Shown piece after piece: positions 13,206 through 25,800 of a stretch of DNA of 64,000 nucleotides. A model generated the notes under the pieces. That model did no database searches, was not told the origin of the DNA, and worked only from the letters and a program-made list of their open reading frames with translations. Position numbers and translations under genes: made by a program. How positions within the stretch are numbered: the stretch's first letter is position 1; each line of letters opens with the position of its first letter. Source of the DNA: Mytilus californianus (lineage: Eukaryota); assembly GCF_021869535.1 (NCBI RefSeq), contig NW_026262712.1:86924001-86988000 (forward strand), written 5' to 3'.

Positions 13206-13735
13206 ATATAATTTATCCGACCTTTTTTTATCTCGTGTTTTCCTGAACATGCATGAAATATTTGTCACTGGTCGTTAAAAATTAGCATGATCAATTTAAA
13301 CTTGTGTTTAATAAGAGAAACCATTTGATATTTATTTATTTGTTGGGATGGGGGACAGGAGGATTTCGTATATGAATATGGTTTCCTGGTAAGAGCTAAA
13401 AAATAGGCATGATTAGCGAAAAATTAAAATGAATAATAATGCCCTCTTTCCTTCTTCATTTATTCCTCATCTATTGATTTAAACTGACTACTACTGAGCC
13501 CAATCATGAGTGTTGAAAGTAGCGTAAAACACCAATGAATCAAAATCCCTTCCCTAGGGATTTCAAATAGTTGACCCTTAACTGTTATTGTCCGTGTAGT
13601 TCTTATATTCAGCCAGCTTATCGTCCTACAGAGATGTCCTACTATGGCTGTCATACCATAAAAACGTTTATAACACAGCTCACATTCTAATATATCTTCA
13701 TTCACGAATTAATTAATGTCATTTAGACTTAACGA

Positions 13736-13888
13736 CGCCATGTTTGTTTTTTGCCTCTGCCGTCTAAACCACCTATTTAAAAAGAAGAGATGGAAGAGAG
13801 CCAGAAGATCTTCCTAATTCAAAAAAATAAAAATGGACCTCTTCTGGCTCACTACCGAAGAACAAAAAAACACGCCCCAGTATTGACC
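13736..13888. promoter_or_regulatory. Candidate bidirectional promoter LARGE/PEX16
   Basis: YY1-type motif CGCCATGTT at 13736-13744, pointing leftwards. Minus-strand donor ATG/GTATGA at 13657/13656. PEX16 ATG at 13889. LARGE needs an upstream non-coding exon (acceptor at 7817). Confidence 0.45.
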
Positions 13889-16800
13889 ATGGCCTCAGCT
13901 GCATCAGATTTCGTGAGAGAAGTTTGGGAACGCTATCAGAAGATTGTGAGGGAAAACCCTGAAACCGTCAGTCAGCTAGAATCCACATTCAAAGTTGTGT
14001 CATATGTTATAGCAGGTGAAATAATTGTTTATGAAGAATTTTTACAAGAAATCTTAAAAGGGGTGGATAACTCAGATTATAATCCTACTTTCAGTTTCAC
14101 ATCAACAAAATCCTTTTTGATGGGCAACACCATGGCATGCATTAATAAATTTTTTCCTGCTTGATTTTACACATATGTATCATCTTGAAAGGGCCGAAAC
14201 TATACTCCTACTGATTGATGCTGCTATTTTTTTTTTTATACAAGCCAAGGCAAAGGTCATGGTTCAGTTTTATCATTTGTCACATTTCTTGGTTCCCAAC
14301 TTTGCTGTCAAACCACTGTATTTCAAGTATATTAGCGAACAATCTACAACCCCATTCATTTAATACCATGAAATCATCCTGTCTGTTGAAGTATTGAAGA
14401 AAACTCGGAACAATTGACAAAATCTGATAGACGCGTTTTAGGGGGCAACATAAATTTCGGCAAATTGCAACTAATAAAGACTTCTATAAATACTCTTTTT
14501 ATTCGACTGGAATTCACTACCTGAAGCAATAGGTATGTCTGACAACCTGGAATCCTTCAAAAAATGGCATATCCACTCTGACATTTGAAGGACCCACACC
14601 AACTTATTAAACCACCAAAGCCACTGTACATAATGTATTTATGTTATTCTATAGACTATTTTACTTAATTGTTTATAGTAATTTTAATTAAGTCCATATG
14701 TACATAGCATACAAGTTCCGGGAAGTATTACACACCTACCTAGGAGTCTTACTCCAGTATTCGGAAAAAGAAGAAGAAAAAATACCCATTGGTTGACTGG
14801 AGTACATACATTAATCTTGAGATTTTTTTATGCCCCCGCCATAGCGGTGGGGGCATTAAGTTTTACCCTTGTCCGTCTGTACGTACGTCCCAAAATTTGT
14901 TTCCGTTCTCTAACTTGAGTTTGCCTCAACCAAATGTTATGAAACTTATACACAATGCTTATTACCACAAAACACAGATCAAGTGATAATTTTGATGGCG
15001 TCACTTTAACCGTTCTAGAGTTATGCCCCTTTATAAATGGAAAAATTGCAAAATGTTTAGTTTCCGTTCTCTAACTTAAGTTTGCCTCAACCAAATGTTA
15101 TGAAACTTATACACAATGCTTATTACCACAAAACACAGATCAAGTTTGAATTTTGGTGGTGTCACTTTAACCGTTCTAGAGTTATGCTCCTTTATCATGT
15201 TTATAGATGTAAAAATTGCAAAATGTTTAGTTTCCATTCTCTAACTTAAGTTTGCCTCTACCAAATGTTATGAAACTTATACACAATGCTTATTACCACA
15301 AAACACAGATCAAGTTTGAATTTTGGTGGTGTCGCTTTAATCGTTCTAGAGTTATGTCCCTTTATACATGGAAAAATTGCAAAATATTTTTTTTCTTCTA
15401 AATATCAAGTAATTTTTAAAATTGGAGTTATCTTTCTTTGTCAAAGATTATGGTTGAATCAACTACAATTAATGCTTTATACAATGCAATGTTTAATTTT
15501 GACTTTCACTGATAAAACACAGATCAAGTTGAATTTGGGTAGTGTCACTTTAACCATTATTGAGTTATGCCCTTTATAAATCGATAGATTGCAAAATTTT
15601 TAGTTTCCATTCTGTAACTTAAGTTTGCCCCAACCAAACATTATGAAACCTATACACAATATTCATTACCACAAAACTAAGATCAAGTACAAATTTTGTG
15701 TTTCCGTTTTCTAACTTTAGTTTGCCTCAACCAAATGTTATGAAACTTATACACAATGCTTATTACTACATAATACAGATTAAGTACAAAATTTGGTGAG
15801 AACACTTTTACCATTCTTGAGTTATGTCCCTTTATAAACATAAAAATTGCTGAATTTTTTGTTTCCGTTCTCTAACTTTAGTTTGTCTCAACCAAATGTT
15901 ATAAAACTTATACACAACCGTTCTAGAGTTATGCGTGTTTACAAATAGAAAAATTGCTGAATTTTTAGTCTCTGTTCTCTACTTAAGTTAGCTTCAACCA
16001 AATGTTATAAGACTTACACACAATGCTTATTACCACAAAACTCAGATCAAGTTCAAATTTGGGTAGCGTTACTTTTACCATTCTTCAGTTATGTCCCTTT
16101 ATAACTATATGCTATGCAAGTGGGGGCATCATCTGTGTCCACATGTGGACACTATCCACATTTATTTATGAATGAGTTACACTGGTTGACCTGAGGTCAA
16201 TTGGCGTAATGATGTCATTGAATAATCGGCTCTTACTGTGACGTAATAACATAAGAATACTAAGCATGCTAAGTGACGTAGGAAATTTACAGGAAAGTGC
16301 ATGTACTTGAAAGTCATCTATTAGAATCCCCATTAAAATGAAATCAAAATATTGGGTAAAAGTTGTTACCTAGATAACCAGAAAAACAATGCAAAACAAG
16401 CTCAAAACACGAAACAATATTTTATGTGGTTTTGTATAGCATGTATAGTAGATTATGATAATAATACTTAATTTCATTTTCAGAAAGATGATTTTCTTAC
16501 TTGTTTGCAAGTTCCATATATACCATGTATACTGTACAAGTTACTGGCCTCTGCACTCATGAAGTTGATATATAATAGAAAGGGATCTTAAATTTGATAT
16601 TGAGTGGAACATTCCTGAAATCTGTATTTAAAGATCAAAGCAAACATCAAAATCACTTACTACTTAACATGCTTAACTGCTTAAGGTGATTACTGAAATT
16701 TACTAATCAGTAAAAAAAAGTGATAATAAAATCACTTGTTTAAGTCATACCCTTGACTATTCAAAATTGTCAGAGGATTTCTAATTTGAGCTATTGCCCT

Positions 16801-19800
16801 TTATTGATATCTTTGATGGTTTTGTTATTTGGATATAACTATGTATCTTGAAAACAGTAATTATAATAAGGGATAGAGTGAATCAATAAACAGCAAAATT
16901 CGTTAGCAAGCAAATTGAGAACTATAAATCATTTCACATGTCTTTATTTTTATAATGACTGATTAAATAGGAAAGGACATTTATATAAAGTTATTTTTTT
17001 AACTCTTTTGGTTCAAATGAAAAAAATTGGACCAACATTGATGTCAGAAAATTGAATTTTGGAAGCCCAAATAGAATTTGACTGGTCCAAATAGAAAACT
17101 AAAGCATATATTTTACTACCTCCCTCCAACCCCCATGCCCCTCCTCACCCCAATATACCAATGTCTTTTTAATCCCCCCTTAAAGATACTTTCTAAAATT
17201 GGAATAATAATAGTTTTAACCCCAACAAATGTTCACTTTTTTTTTGAGTTATCAGCACCAAGGCCTCTTATTGGTTACTTTTTTTTTTATGATAAACAAA
17301 AACCTATTCTTATTTGTTACTTTCATGGGCTAATCCTGGATCCAGGGAAAACGTTTTTGCACAAAGATCATTGATTTTATGTACAGGTTTCTGAAAGAAA
17401 TAGTAGAAAGGTGATTTGATCAACATGAAAAATACTGGAACAGGAACTGAAATCAAATTTGATGGTCCAAATCTGAAATGTTGCAACAGGGTGACCTTTA
17501 TATTCGAGGACTTTATATATAATTAATGCATGTATATATGGATATGTCTGTGTATGAATGAACTAGATAGAACAATAAAAAATCAGAAATAATCATCCAG
17601 AGGTTAAAATCATTCTTTTATGATTTCTTTTATACCTTTTTAACCAATTAACAAATTTTGTCTTTCAGGTAGATTTGAAGATTCCCAGGTTTTGTCAGAA
17701 CTTGTCTACTTGGCATCTAATTTGCTGATTCTACTAAATGATACAATCTTTAGACAGACAGCCAAAGTTTTAAAAAACATAGTAAGTCTCTGTTAAATTG
17801 TGATTCAACATAATTTATTAATGGTTAAAGTTGTAGCTAATAGTAATACTGAATTTGAAAAAGCAACTCAGTAAATATCCGTGATGTCAAAGTAATACAC
17901 TTATATCTTCAAAAGCCATTAAAAGTCATACAAACCAGTAAGAGCAAAACCGGCTGTCCACTCAGTGCTTCCAAAATAAAAATTGAGCTGGCCAGACATC
18001 TTTTTTTAATCCTGGTTTTTATCTCTTAGTCACTTTGTAACTAAATAATACTTCAATTTTTTTATAAAGCAACTTATGATTGGTTGTCATGGATGAATAC
18101 TGAGAAATGGTGAATAGCATCCTAGTTTCAAAAAAAACATGATCAGAAATATCTTGGACATATATTGGATGTACAGATGTATGTATCTGATATGAACTGT
18201 GTCATCTGTTTACTTCTTTGATGTTTATGCAAGGTAGATGACTGACTTTTGTTAACACTGGACTATTAAATGTACTGTTTTATGGTCTTTGTATTTACAG
18301 TCTGTCCCAGTAGAAAGATGGAAGAGATTTCTAACAGTTTTGCAGTATGCAGAAGTTTTTCTAGAAATGGCAGCACAGAGAGCATGGGGAGAAACAGGAA
18401 GATGGTTCATTATATTAGTTGTACAGCTCACAAAGTAAACATGCAGTTTCTCTACAGATTTATCTGCTTTATATAGATGTATATATAGAATGACCAAATT
18501 TAATTTGTGTCCATCAAAAAAAGTTGTGTATGTGGGTGAAAAAAGAGCAGAAAATTTTGGAATGAGCTAATTAGTATGAAGCAGTAAAGCATTTTCATTG
18601 AAGACAAAAATTATACAACTTAAAGAAAGCTTTTCTTCTTCAATACAAATGTGCATATTTTTAAAACTTATCCCAACTCAAAGACATCTGTCTTGACAAA
18701 TAATTTTAAATTTATTCAATGAACTTTATTTTTCATTTGGATTCCAGTGGACCTTGTTGTATGTGAAACATTGAAATAAAAACTGACATCATTGATATTA
18801 ATCGTAATTGCTCTTTGACCTTTGAGTGCAATTTTAGAAATGTCATTCTGAAAAATATTGCGTACCTTTATGCCTATGCCTTAAATCCCCTTCCCTGGCA
18901 GTTTAGGACAAAAATAAATAACTTAATATTGATTTCAGAAAATAGGAAGTATGATAAGAGCCATTAGTTGGCCCCTTAACATGCAAAAATAGTAAACTTA
19001 TTCCAGCCTTTCAAAATAATGTTGATTTGATTTGATTTTGATTTTTGGTGTTTTAACGCCACTTTTAAGCACCGCTTTTGGGCTATTTCGTGGCGGCCAG
19101 TTTTTATTGGTGGAGGTAGCTGGAGTGCCGGGATAAAACCACCTACCTTTGATAGGAAAACTGACAATCCTAGTCAATTAAGATTGCAGTCGAGTGCAAC
19201 CGCACGAGCGGGGTTCGAACTCACAACCTCAGTGTTGACTGGCTAGTGATTACAGTATTAACTACTTAGACCACTCGGCCACCGAGGCCCCCAAAATAAT
19301 GTTACAGTCGAACCTCGGTGTGTCGAACTCGGTTGTGTCGAAAACTCGGATGTGTCGAAGTAATTTCTAGGTCCCGGTAAAATTCCCGTTTGATCAATGC
19401 ATAATTACCTATAATGAGTCGAACTCGTTTGATTCGAATACTCGGTTAAGTCGAGTAAATTTTATAGTCCTGTCGATATAAAATTATTGTAAATTGACCC
19501 CGATGTCTCGAAGTTCGAAAGTAAGATTTTTTGAAAAATGCAGACCTAATGATAAAAATTCAAATCGGATGTATTTCTTATGTAACCTAATCATTTTTCA
19601 CAAGAGATTAAAGCTGAATAAACATACTTGTTTGTATAACAGTTAAAATGATATGTTTATGGTTGCCGGTAATTAACACCTTTGTTGATCGTTCAAGACC
19701 TTATTTCGTTCTGCGAGTGATTTCATAATTTATAGTGATTGACCATTGTAAATATTGATTTTATTTGTGCATGATTTGTATCTGTACTTGTATGTTTAAT

Positions 19801-22800
19801 AATTATGAAGGACCAAAAATGGAGATTGAATACACAATCATAAAGTGTCATATCGAAAAAAAAAAGGCACACTGTTCAAAGTATCTAGTTTACGCAAATC
19901 TCATACTGTATTTTATGCATTCTAAATGTATGACGGCACACTCGACCTCGGATGAGTCGAATACTTTGGTCTGGTCCCTTCGACTTCGACACAACGAGGT
20001 TCGACTGTAATTGATAAATGAACCAGTTGCTTAAATCTGGAAACATAAGTTTGTGATGTCACTTTGAGTTGGGTAAAGCTCTGGCTGATACATCTTTAAT
20101 ATTAATTAGACTTATTTGGCAGTTTTGATTTTTTGCACTAAATGTAAGAAATTTAAAGCCCTAATGCCAATGTTTACAACAAAATTCAACAATGTAAATA
20201 CTGATGTCCTAAAGATGTGTGAACACCTAAAGGATTTTATTTGGTAGATTTAAATTACTTTGGATTTTCAAATTCTTATTTATTCTTTTATTTTAACTTT
20301 GTAAAAATGAATTTTGAAATTCAATCTTAGGACAGTTATAAGGATGATGCTGCTTTGGAAACATAAAGGAGGGTTTCAGACTAATCCTCCTCAGCCTCCA
20401 CTTGATAGGGACCAACTTTTACCCAAGCTAAAGAGAAGTGTTTCAAAGGTAAAAATTAATAACAGATTTATGGAAATACCTTAATTAACACACAGCTAAA
20501 TACAAGAGCAGATGCATTACATTCCAAATTCAACATAAACACAACCATGTTGTGAAATTTTTACAGGAAGACTTCATCAGCAATAGGTATCTTGCATAGG
20601 TATTTCAGCATAATTAAGAATATTTCAATATATTAGGAGCCCATATTGGTACCTAATTAGCTGATAAGATTTTCATCATGAAAAGATTTCCTGAGATTTT
20701 CAAGTTTTTTTGGTTTTTTTTGGAAAATACCATCTGGTATTGTCGATATGACAAGACATTAACTGTGGTTGACATTATTCCCATAAGATGTGATCTCCAA
20801 GATTATTATCACTTACATTCAAGCTTAACTGCTCTCTAAAACTTTGCAAGAATGCCTATTGGTAGCAATTGGTTTTATGATATAGCCATTGCCATTTGTT
20901 AGACAAAGTCAGAAATATTCTAAGATTATTCACCTTTAAAATTCAATCGACCAGCTTTTTACACTTGAAAATATTGACCGGGACAGTTAAACCAGGGGTG
21001 ATTTATCTGCCCTAGATTTGTATATGCATTGTTTTATACATTTTGTCATATTTTTTAGGAACTGCTTGATTTGGAAGAAAATTTAGATGGTGAAAATGAA
21101 AGTCCTACTTTTACACTGAAAAGTTCCGGCAAAGTAATGAGACGTCTTTCTACATGTAAGTTGAAGATTGTACTATCGATTGATTGATTGATTTGTGTAT
21201 AATGCCACTTTCACATTATTGTGCTATTTCGTGGCGGTCAGTTTTTATTGCTGAAGGAAGCCAGAGTGCCTGTTGAGAACCTTCAATAGGAAAACTGACA
21301 ATCCTAGTCAATTAAGATTGGAGTGAAACATGCCTGACACTAAGTGAAGCAGGTGATTGAACAGTGATAAATGGGCATCGAGCAAATAAAACAATAGACA
21401 ACAAATAGTTACATATTAGATACTAAATATATCAGTGTTTTCTACCCTTTTTTTCTGTTCTTATTTTTGCATCAACTTAATTATCATGACCATACTCTAA
21501 ATTATATAGATGATAGAAAATGGGGGAGGCAGAAATTACATAAGACACCCACAAAAAACCATAGGCATTTCAATGTCTCCATTTGCTATCCAAAGAAGGA
21601 CAATTAATAAATTGGTTAATGCAGTTGGGATAAAGATTGAAAAGTTATTAAATGGAAGAATTGTTGAAACCTAGATAATTGTCAATACTTAAATAATGTT
21701 ACTCTGTCTATTAATGTGAATTTTAGTTATGATCTCTTTGTACCTAACTTCCTTTTTTCTTTTCAGCTCCTCCAATCAACTTCAGAACTTGGAAGTTACC
21801 TTCAGAAGAAAAATCCAGTTATTCCAAAAACAAAAAATTACCGTACGGAATTTCACCAACGTCATTGTCAAAGCAGAGACTATATGCAGAAACTTTTTAT
21901 ATAATCAAACCATTGTTACACTGTATCCTTTGTCACTGCATTGATTGCCTTCACAATGTTTTATAATCGTAAAAACAGATTTACATTTTAGAAAATGAAT
22001 CCTAACAAGTTTCCACTGCTATTTAGCCTGTAGTATAACCCTCCCAACTTTGAAGGAGACCCCCTTACATGTTGATATCCGTTGTTAAAGATTAAGAATT
22101 ATCCTTAATACTTTTCTTTTCTCCTATATGGCCTGCCATAAGATTTTTTTTATTATTATTGCAAGTATAGAGTTTAAAGGGACATTAGCTGTCAAATTCA
22201 TGTTCACGGATTTGACTCAAATTCTCATATTTGATTTATAACATACTAAAACATATATCTTAATTACAATAAGTCGAAATAAACAATTAACAATGCATGG
22301 ACTCGATTATATATGTAGGACTCAAATCTATGGTTGGTTCCAGATCTATGGCAGATTCCTAATCTATGGTAAATATGACATCATGCCATCCCAATCTATG
22401 GCAGATTATTTAGAATCCTAATCTATGGCAATTTTTCAGTTTCCTAATCTATGGCATTATTTTAGTTTCATAATCTATGGCGGATTTCTAGTTTTCAAAT
22501 CTATAACATAATTTTCTACAAATGGTGGACCAGTCAGTACATATCTGACCAATCATTTCAAAGTTGCCTTAAACAAGTCGAAATGTTCAAAGGTAGCGAA
22601 AAGGCTGTTTTTTATTTAACGGCAGTATAAGAAAAACGGATTAGGAGTACGACTAGGAAGCATATCCATAACCATTTGTGAAGTGAACACAGACTTTTGG
22701 GGTGAAATGATGTGCCCGGAAGAATAAGCATTTCCTACTCTTTGCATGGTATCTGTTTGACCCTTCATTTAACCAAGTCCCTTGACAACCCAAAACGCAG

Positions 22801-25800
22801 TTTCACTTTTTACCTAAAATTTATTTGAGCGTTAATAAATCTTTTTTAACTGATGATGATTTAAGTCAAAGTCCTGTAACGAACAATAACTTGCCTCAAA
22901 CACATGGCTTTCTTAAACAAATGCTTATTTCTCCAACAGTTCAGTTATTCGACTTAAATATAGCTGAAAATAATGTAAATAGTTATTAGAAATCTATCAC
23001 AGATTTTTTTTTAAGCTTCCAAATCTCAATAAAGCTTATTTGAAACAAAAGTACAGGTAGTCACCGTTATATAGCCGAAAAAATACTATTGGTTATGTTA
23101 CATGTAAAAGAAAATTAGAGACCATAGGGATAAAAAAAATAACAAGAAAACAGCTTATCACAAAGAAAAATTATGAAAGAAAAACAAAAAGCAAACCAAA
23201 ATACACAGTAAAACTCATGCAATTAAGGGTGAGGGCAACACCAGAAACACAAGAACAAGAAAACAAGGAGCGGAAACAAACACGAAACATAAACATTGAA
23301 GCAAACACCAAAAACATATTCATTTGTGTGAAATTGCCTGCACCAGCCATTTTGCTGCTACGAATGACTGGGTTTGTTCGCTAGTATTCTTATTTCGGCC
23401 GAATCCGATGATTACATCTCATTTACAGGGATTTCCGATAAAGTAAACTAGAATTCTGTTCTGAAATATAATTTAATTTATGGATTAGGGTCCTTGAAAA
23501 CTGGCCTTTTCTTTTCCTTCTATATAACAAAACCGACATTGTTAACGGCGGCTTCGACATCACATGACGTTATTTAATTGTGACGGAAAATTACATAATA
23601 TCCAAATCTGCCATAGATTTGGAGAAAACAAAAAACTGCCATAGATTTGTAATTTGTGTGGCATTTGTGACGTCAATATTTACCATAGATTAGGAATTTG
23701 CCATTGATTTGGAACCCACCATAGATTTGAGTCCTACATATATATCAGTATTTCGTGTTTATTTTAGTCTAAACGGCATCTAAGTAATCATCGAAATGAC
23801 CTTGAAGACTGCCGATGGTCTCATAACCCGATATAAACATAAATATAAATAGATAGTGACCTCGTGCAATTGGACTTTTCTAGGTCTGATTGATTGCATG
23901 TTATGGGTTAAAAAAACAAGTTAATCATCTTTTTTACCTGTATCAGAATGATTTTTTGTGGATCGAATAGGTCAACAAAATGGTTCACCTTTGTTTCACT
24001 TTCAATGTTTATATTCTTTCCCTTTTAATGGCTGAACACGACTAATACATGTGTAACCAATCTCTAGCTAAGGGGTTAAATTGAAGGTCAAATGAATACA
24101 GATTCAATGAGGTCGAATTATTCACTTGCAGGTGAATAATTCATCAGCAATGTTTCTTAGCTTATTTTGACAAAATACACTAAACTGGCTGCTAAAAGCT
24201 AATTATTATTTCACTATTTCACTTTCATAAAATGATTGAACAAAAAAAAAATATTTAAATTTTTGTATACCTCATAGCTAATGCACCTTTAACTTACATT
24301 TTTGGGCAGTAGACATGTGTCTGTACTGTAAGTGACACTCTAGATGAATATCATGTGATAATCCTTGGTTCTATCTACAGCATGTTTTAAATAGCTTCTT
24401 ACCTACAAGAAGGACATATATTTTTAACCAAAGTCTTCTGATTGAATTTGCATCCTTTAGCCCTACCTGTACTTTTTTCAGCCATGATTATTGGTACCTA
24501 CTATTGATATTAAGATAGCAGAGTTGATGCCTTTTACATGATTACAATTATGAACGCTTGCTTTAAGCTACAGGAAAATATTGTTGTTCAGTGTAGTTTT
24601 TCCTTAAATATCTGTAGTATTTAGCATGCGTCTATTTGGGATAGAGTCATGGAAGCCCTTCTTGTTATCTGGATTTGCTGATGTTTCAAGGTAATATGAT
24701 TGCATTCTATTATACAGTGTTCTCTTTAAGGACCTTATAGTTCCTTGGTACCATTGTGCTATATTTTTTACCATGTTACTATCTGAATAGGTTTTATAAT
24801 AGAATGTATTATGAATGTAGTGCTATAATTTTAGGGAAAGAGTGCTATTTCCGATCCCATTGTGCTGTTTGAAATTACTGAGGAGAACACTGTTACAAAC
24901 ATTATATAAGTCACCAATATAGAAATCTCTCCTATTTGTATGCATTTAAAAATGTACAAAAGACAAATGGATGCTTACTGTATTATGCCTGATATGTCCA
25001 TTTTTTCAAAATAAAAATTTAAATCTTAAACCCCTTCCTTACACATTGTAGATCTGTATATTTAATCTGTGGTAATTTTGTTCAAATGAAATTTGCTAGA
25101 TCTTCGAATCTCCATAGATCCATCTGTTTTGACCATTCACAGGTGAAATAACAAGTATTTTTCTTATTCATTAGGGATATTTTATCAATAATGTATCAAG
25201 TATCAAAATTAATCTGGGATTCGGTAACCAGCCAATAGAGATGACATCGTTCTTATAGATAGACAATAGAAATCAAAAACCTTTACTTCAAAAAGAAATG
25301 CCCTAATTTTTCAAAGTTTAAATCTTTTGTTAAATTACATTATGTTTGAAATACCTGTAATTTTCAGTTCACTGTTTAGAGATATTATGTAAATACTTTT
25401 CATTACAGTTTATGTATGATTGGTGACCCTCAAGACCTTAACCAAGAAGAAAAACAGGAGATAAAGAAAAGGACATACATGTTGTTATTATATTTATTGA
25501 AGTCTCCTATGTATGATAGACATACTAAGTAAGTAAAAATAATGATGGAATTGGAAGTTAGAACATTTTTTTTAATATAAACCAGTCAGAATGATGACAA
25601 TCACACAAAAGAACTTTTTCATGAGTGCTCAATTAAGAATAACATGACCAATAAGCACTTGTTAGGTATGGCTTAAGCAGTTGCACCAATCTGTTGAATA
25701 GATGTCCATTTAGCCAAACTTCTGTACTTAACTAAGCTTTTAGTCCTTTTTTATGGGCCTAGAATTTATCAAGATAATAATTTTTGTGGAAGAGTACACC

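Larger units (their letters stand above)
21923..24617 (+). other. U12-type (minor spliceosome) GT-AG intron, PEX16 intron 6
   Basis: 5' splice site GTATCCTTT is the U12 consensus. Branch site TTCCTTAAA (8/9 match to TTCCTTAAC) lies about 10 nt before the AG, with no polypyrimidine tract. The reading frame continues across it (LLH L/FSMRLFG). Confidence 0.9.

Noticed and set aside
13790-13888. In-frame upstream ATG giving a 33-aa N-terminal extension of PEX16
   Set aside because: Similarity starts at 13889, which has the better context (ACCATGG). The extension is low-complexity and probably at or upstream of the transcription start.
19220-19292. tRNA gene
   Set aside because: The A and B boxes are followed by a SINE body and simple-repeat tail, and there is no full cloverleaf or acceptor stem.
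22325-22510. CRISPR-like repeat/spacer array (AATCTATGG units)
   Set aside because: These are short, degenerate, irregularly spaced subterminal motifs mirrored at the other TIR, in a eukaryotic context with no cas genes.
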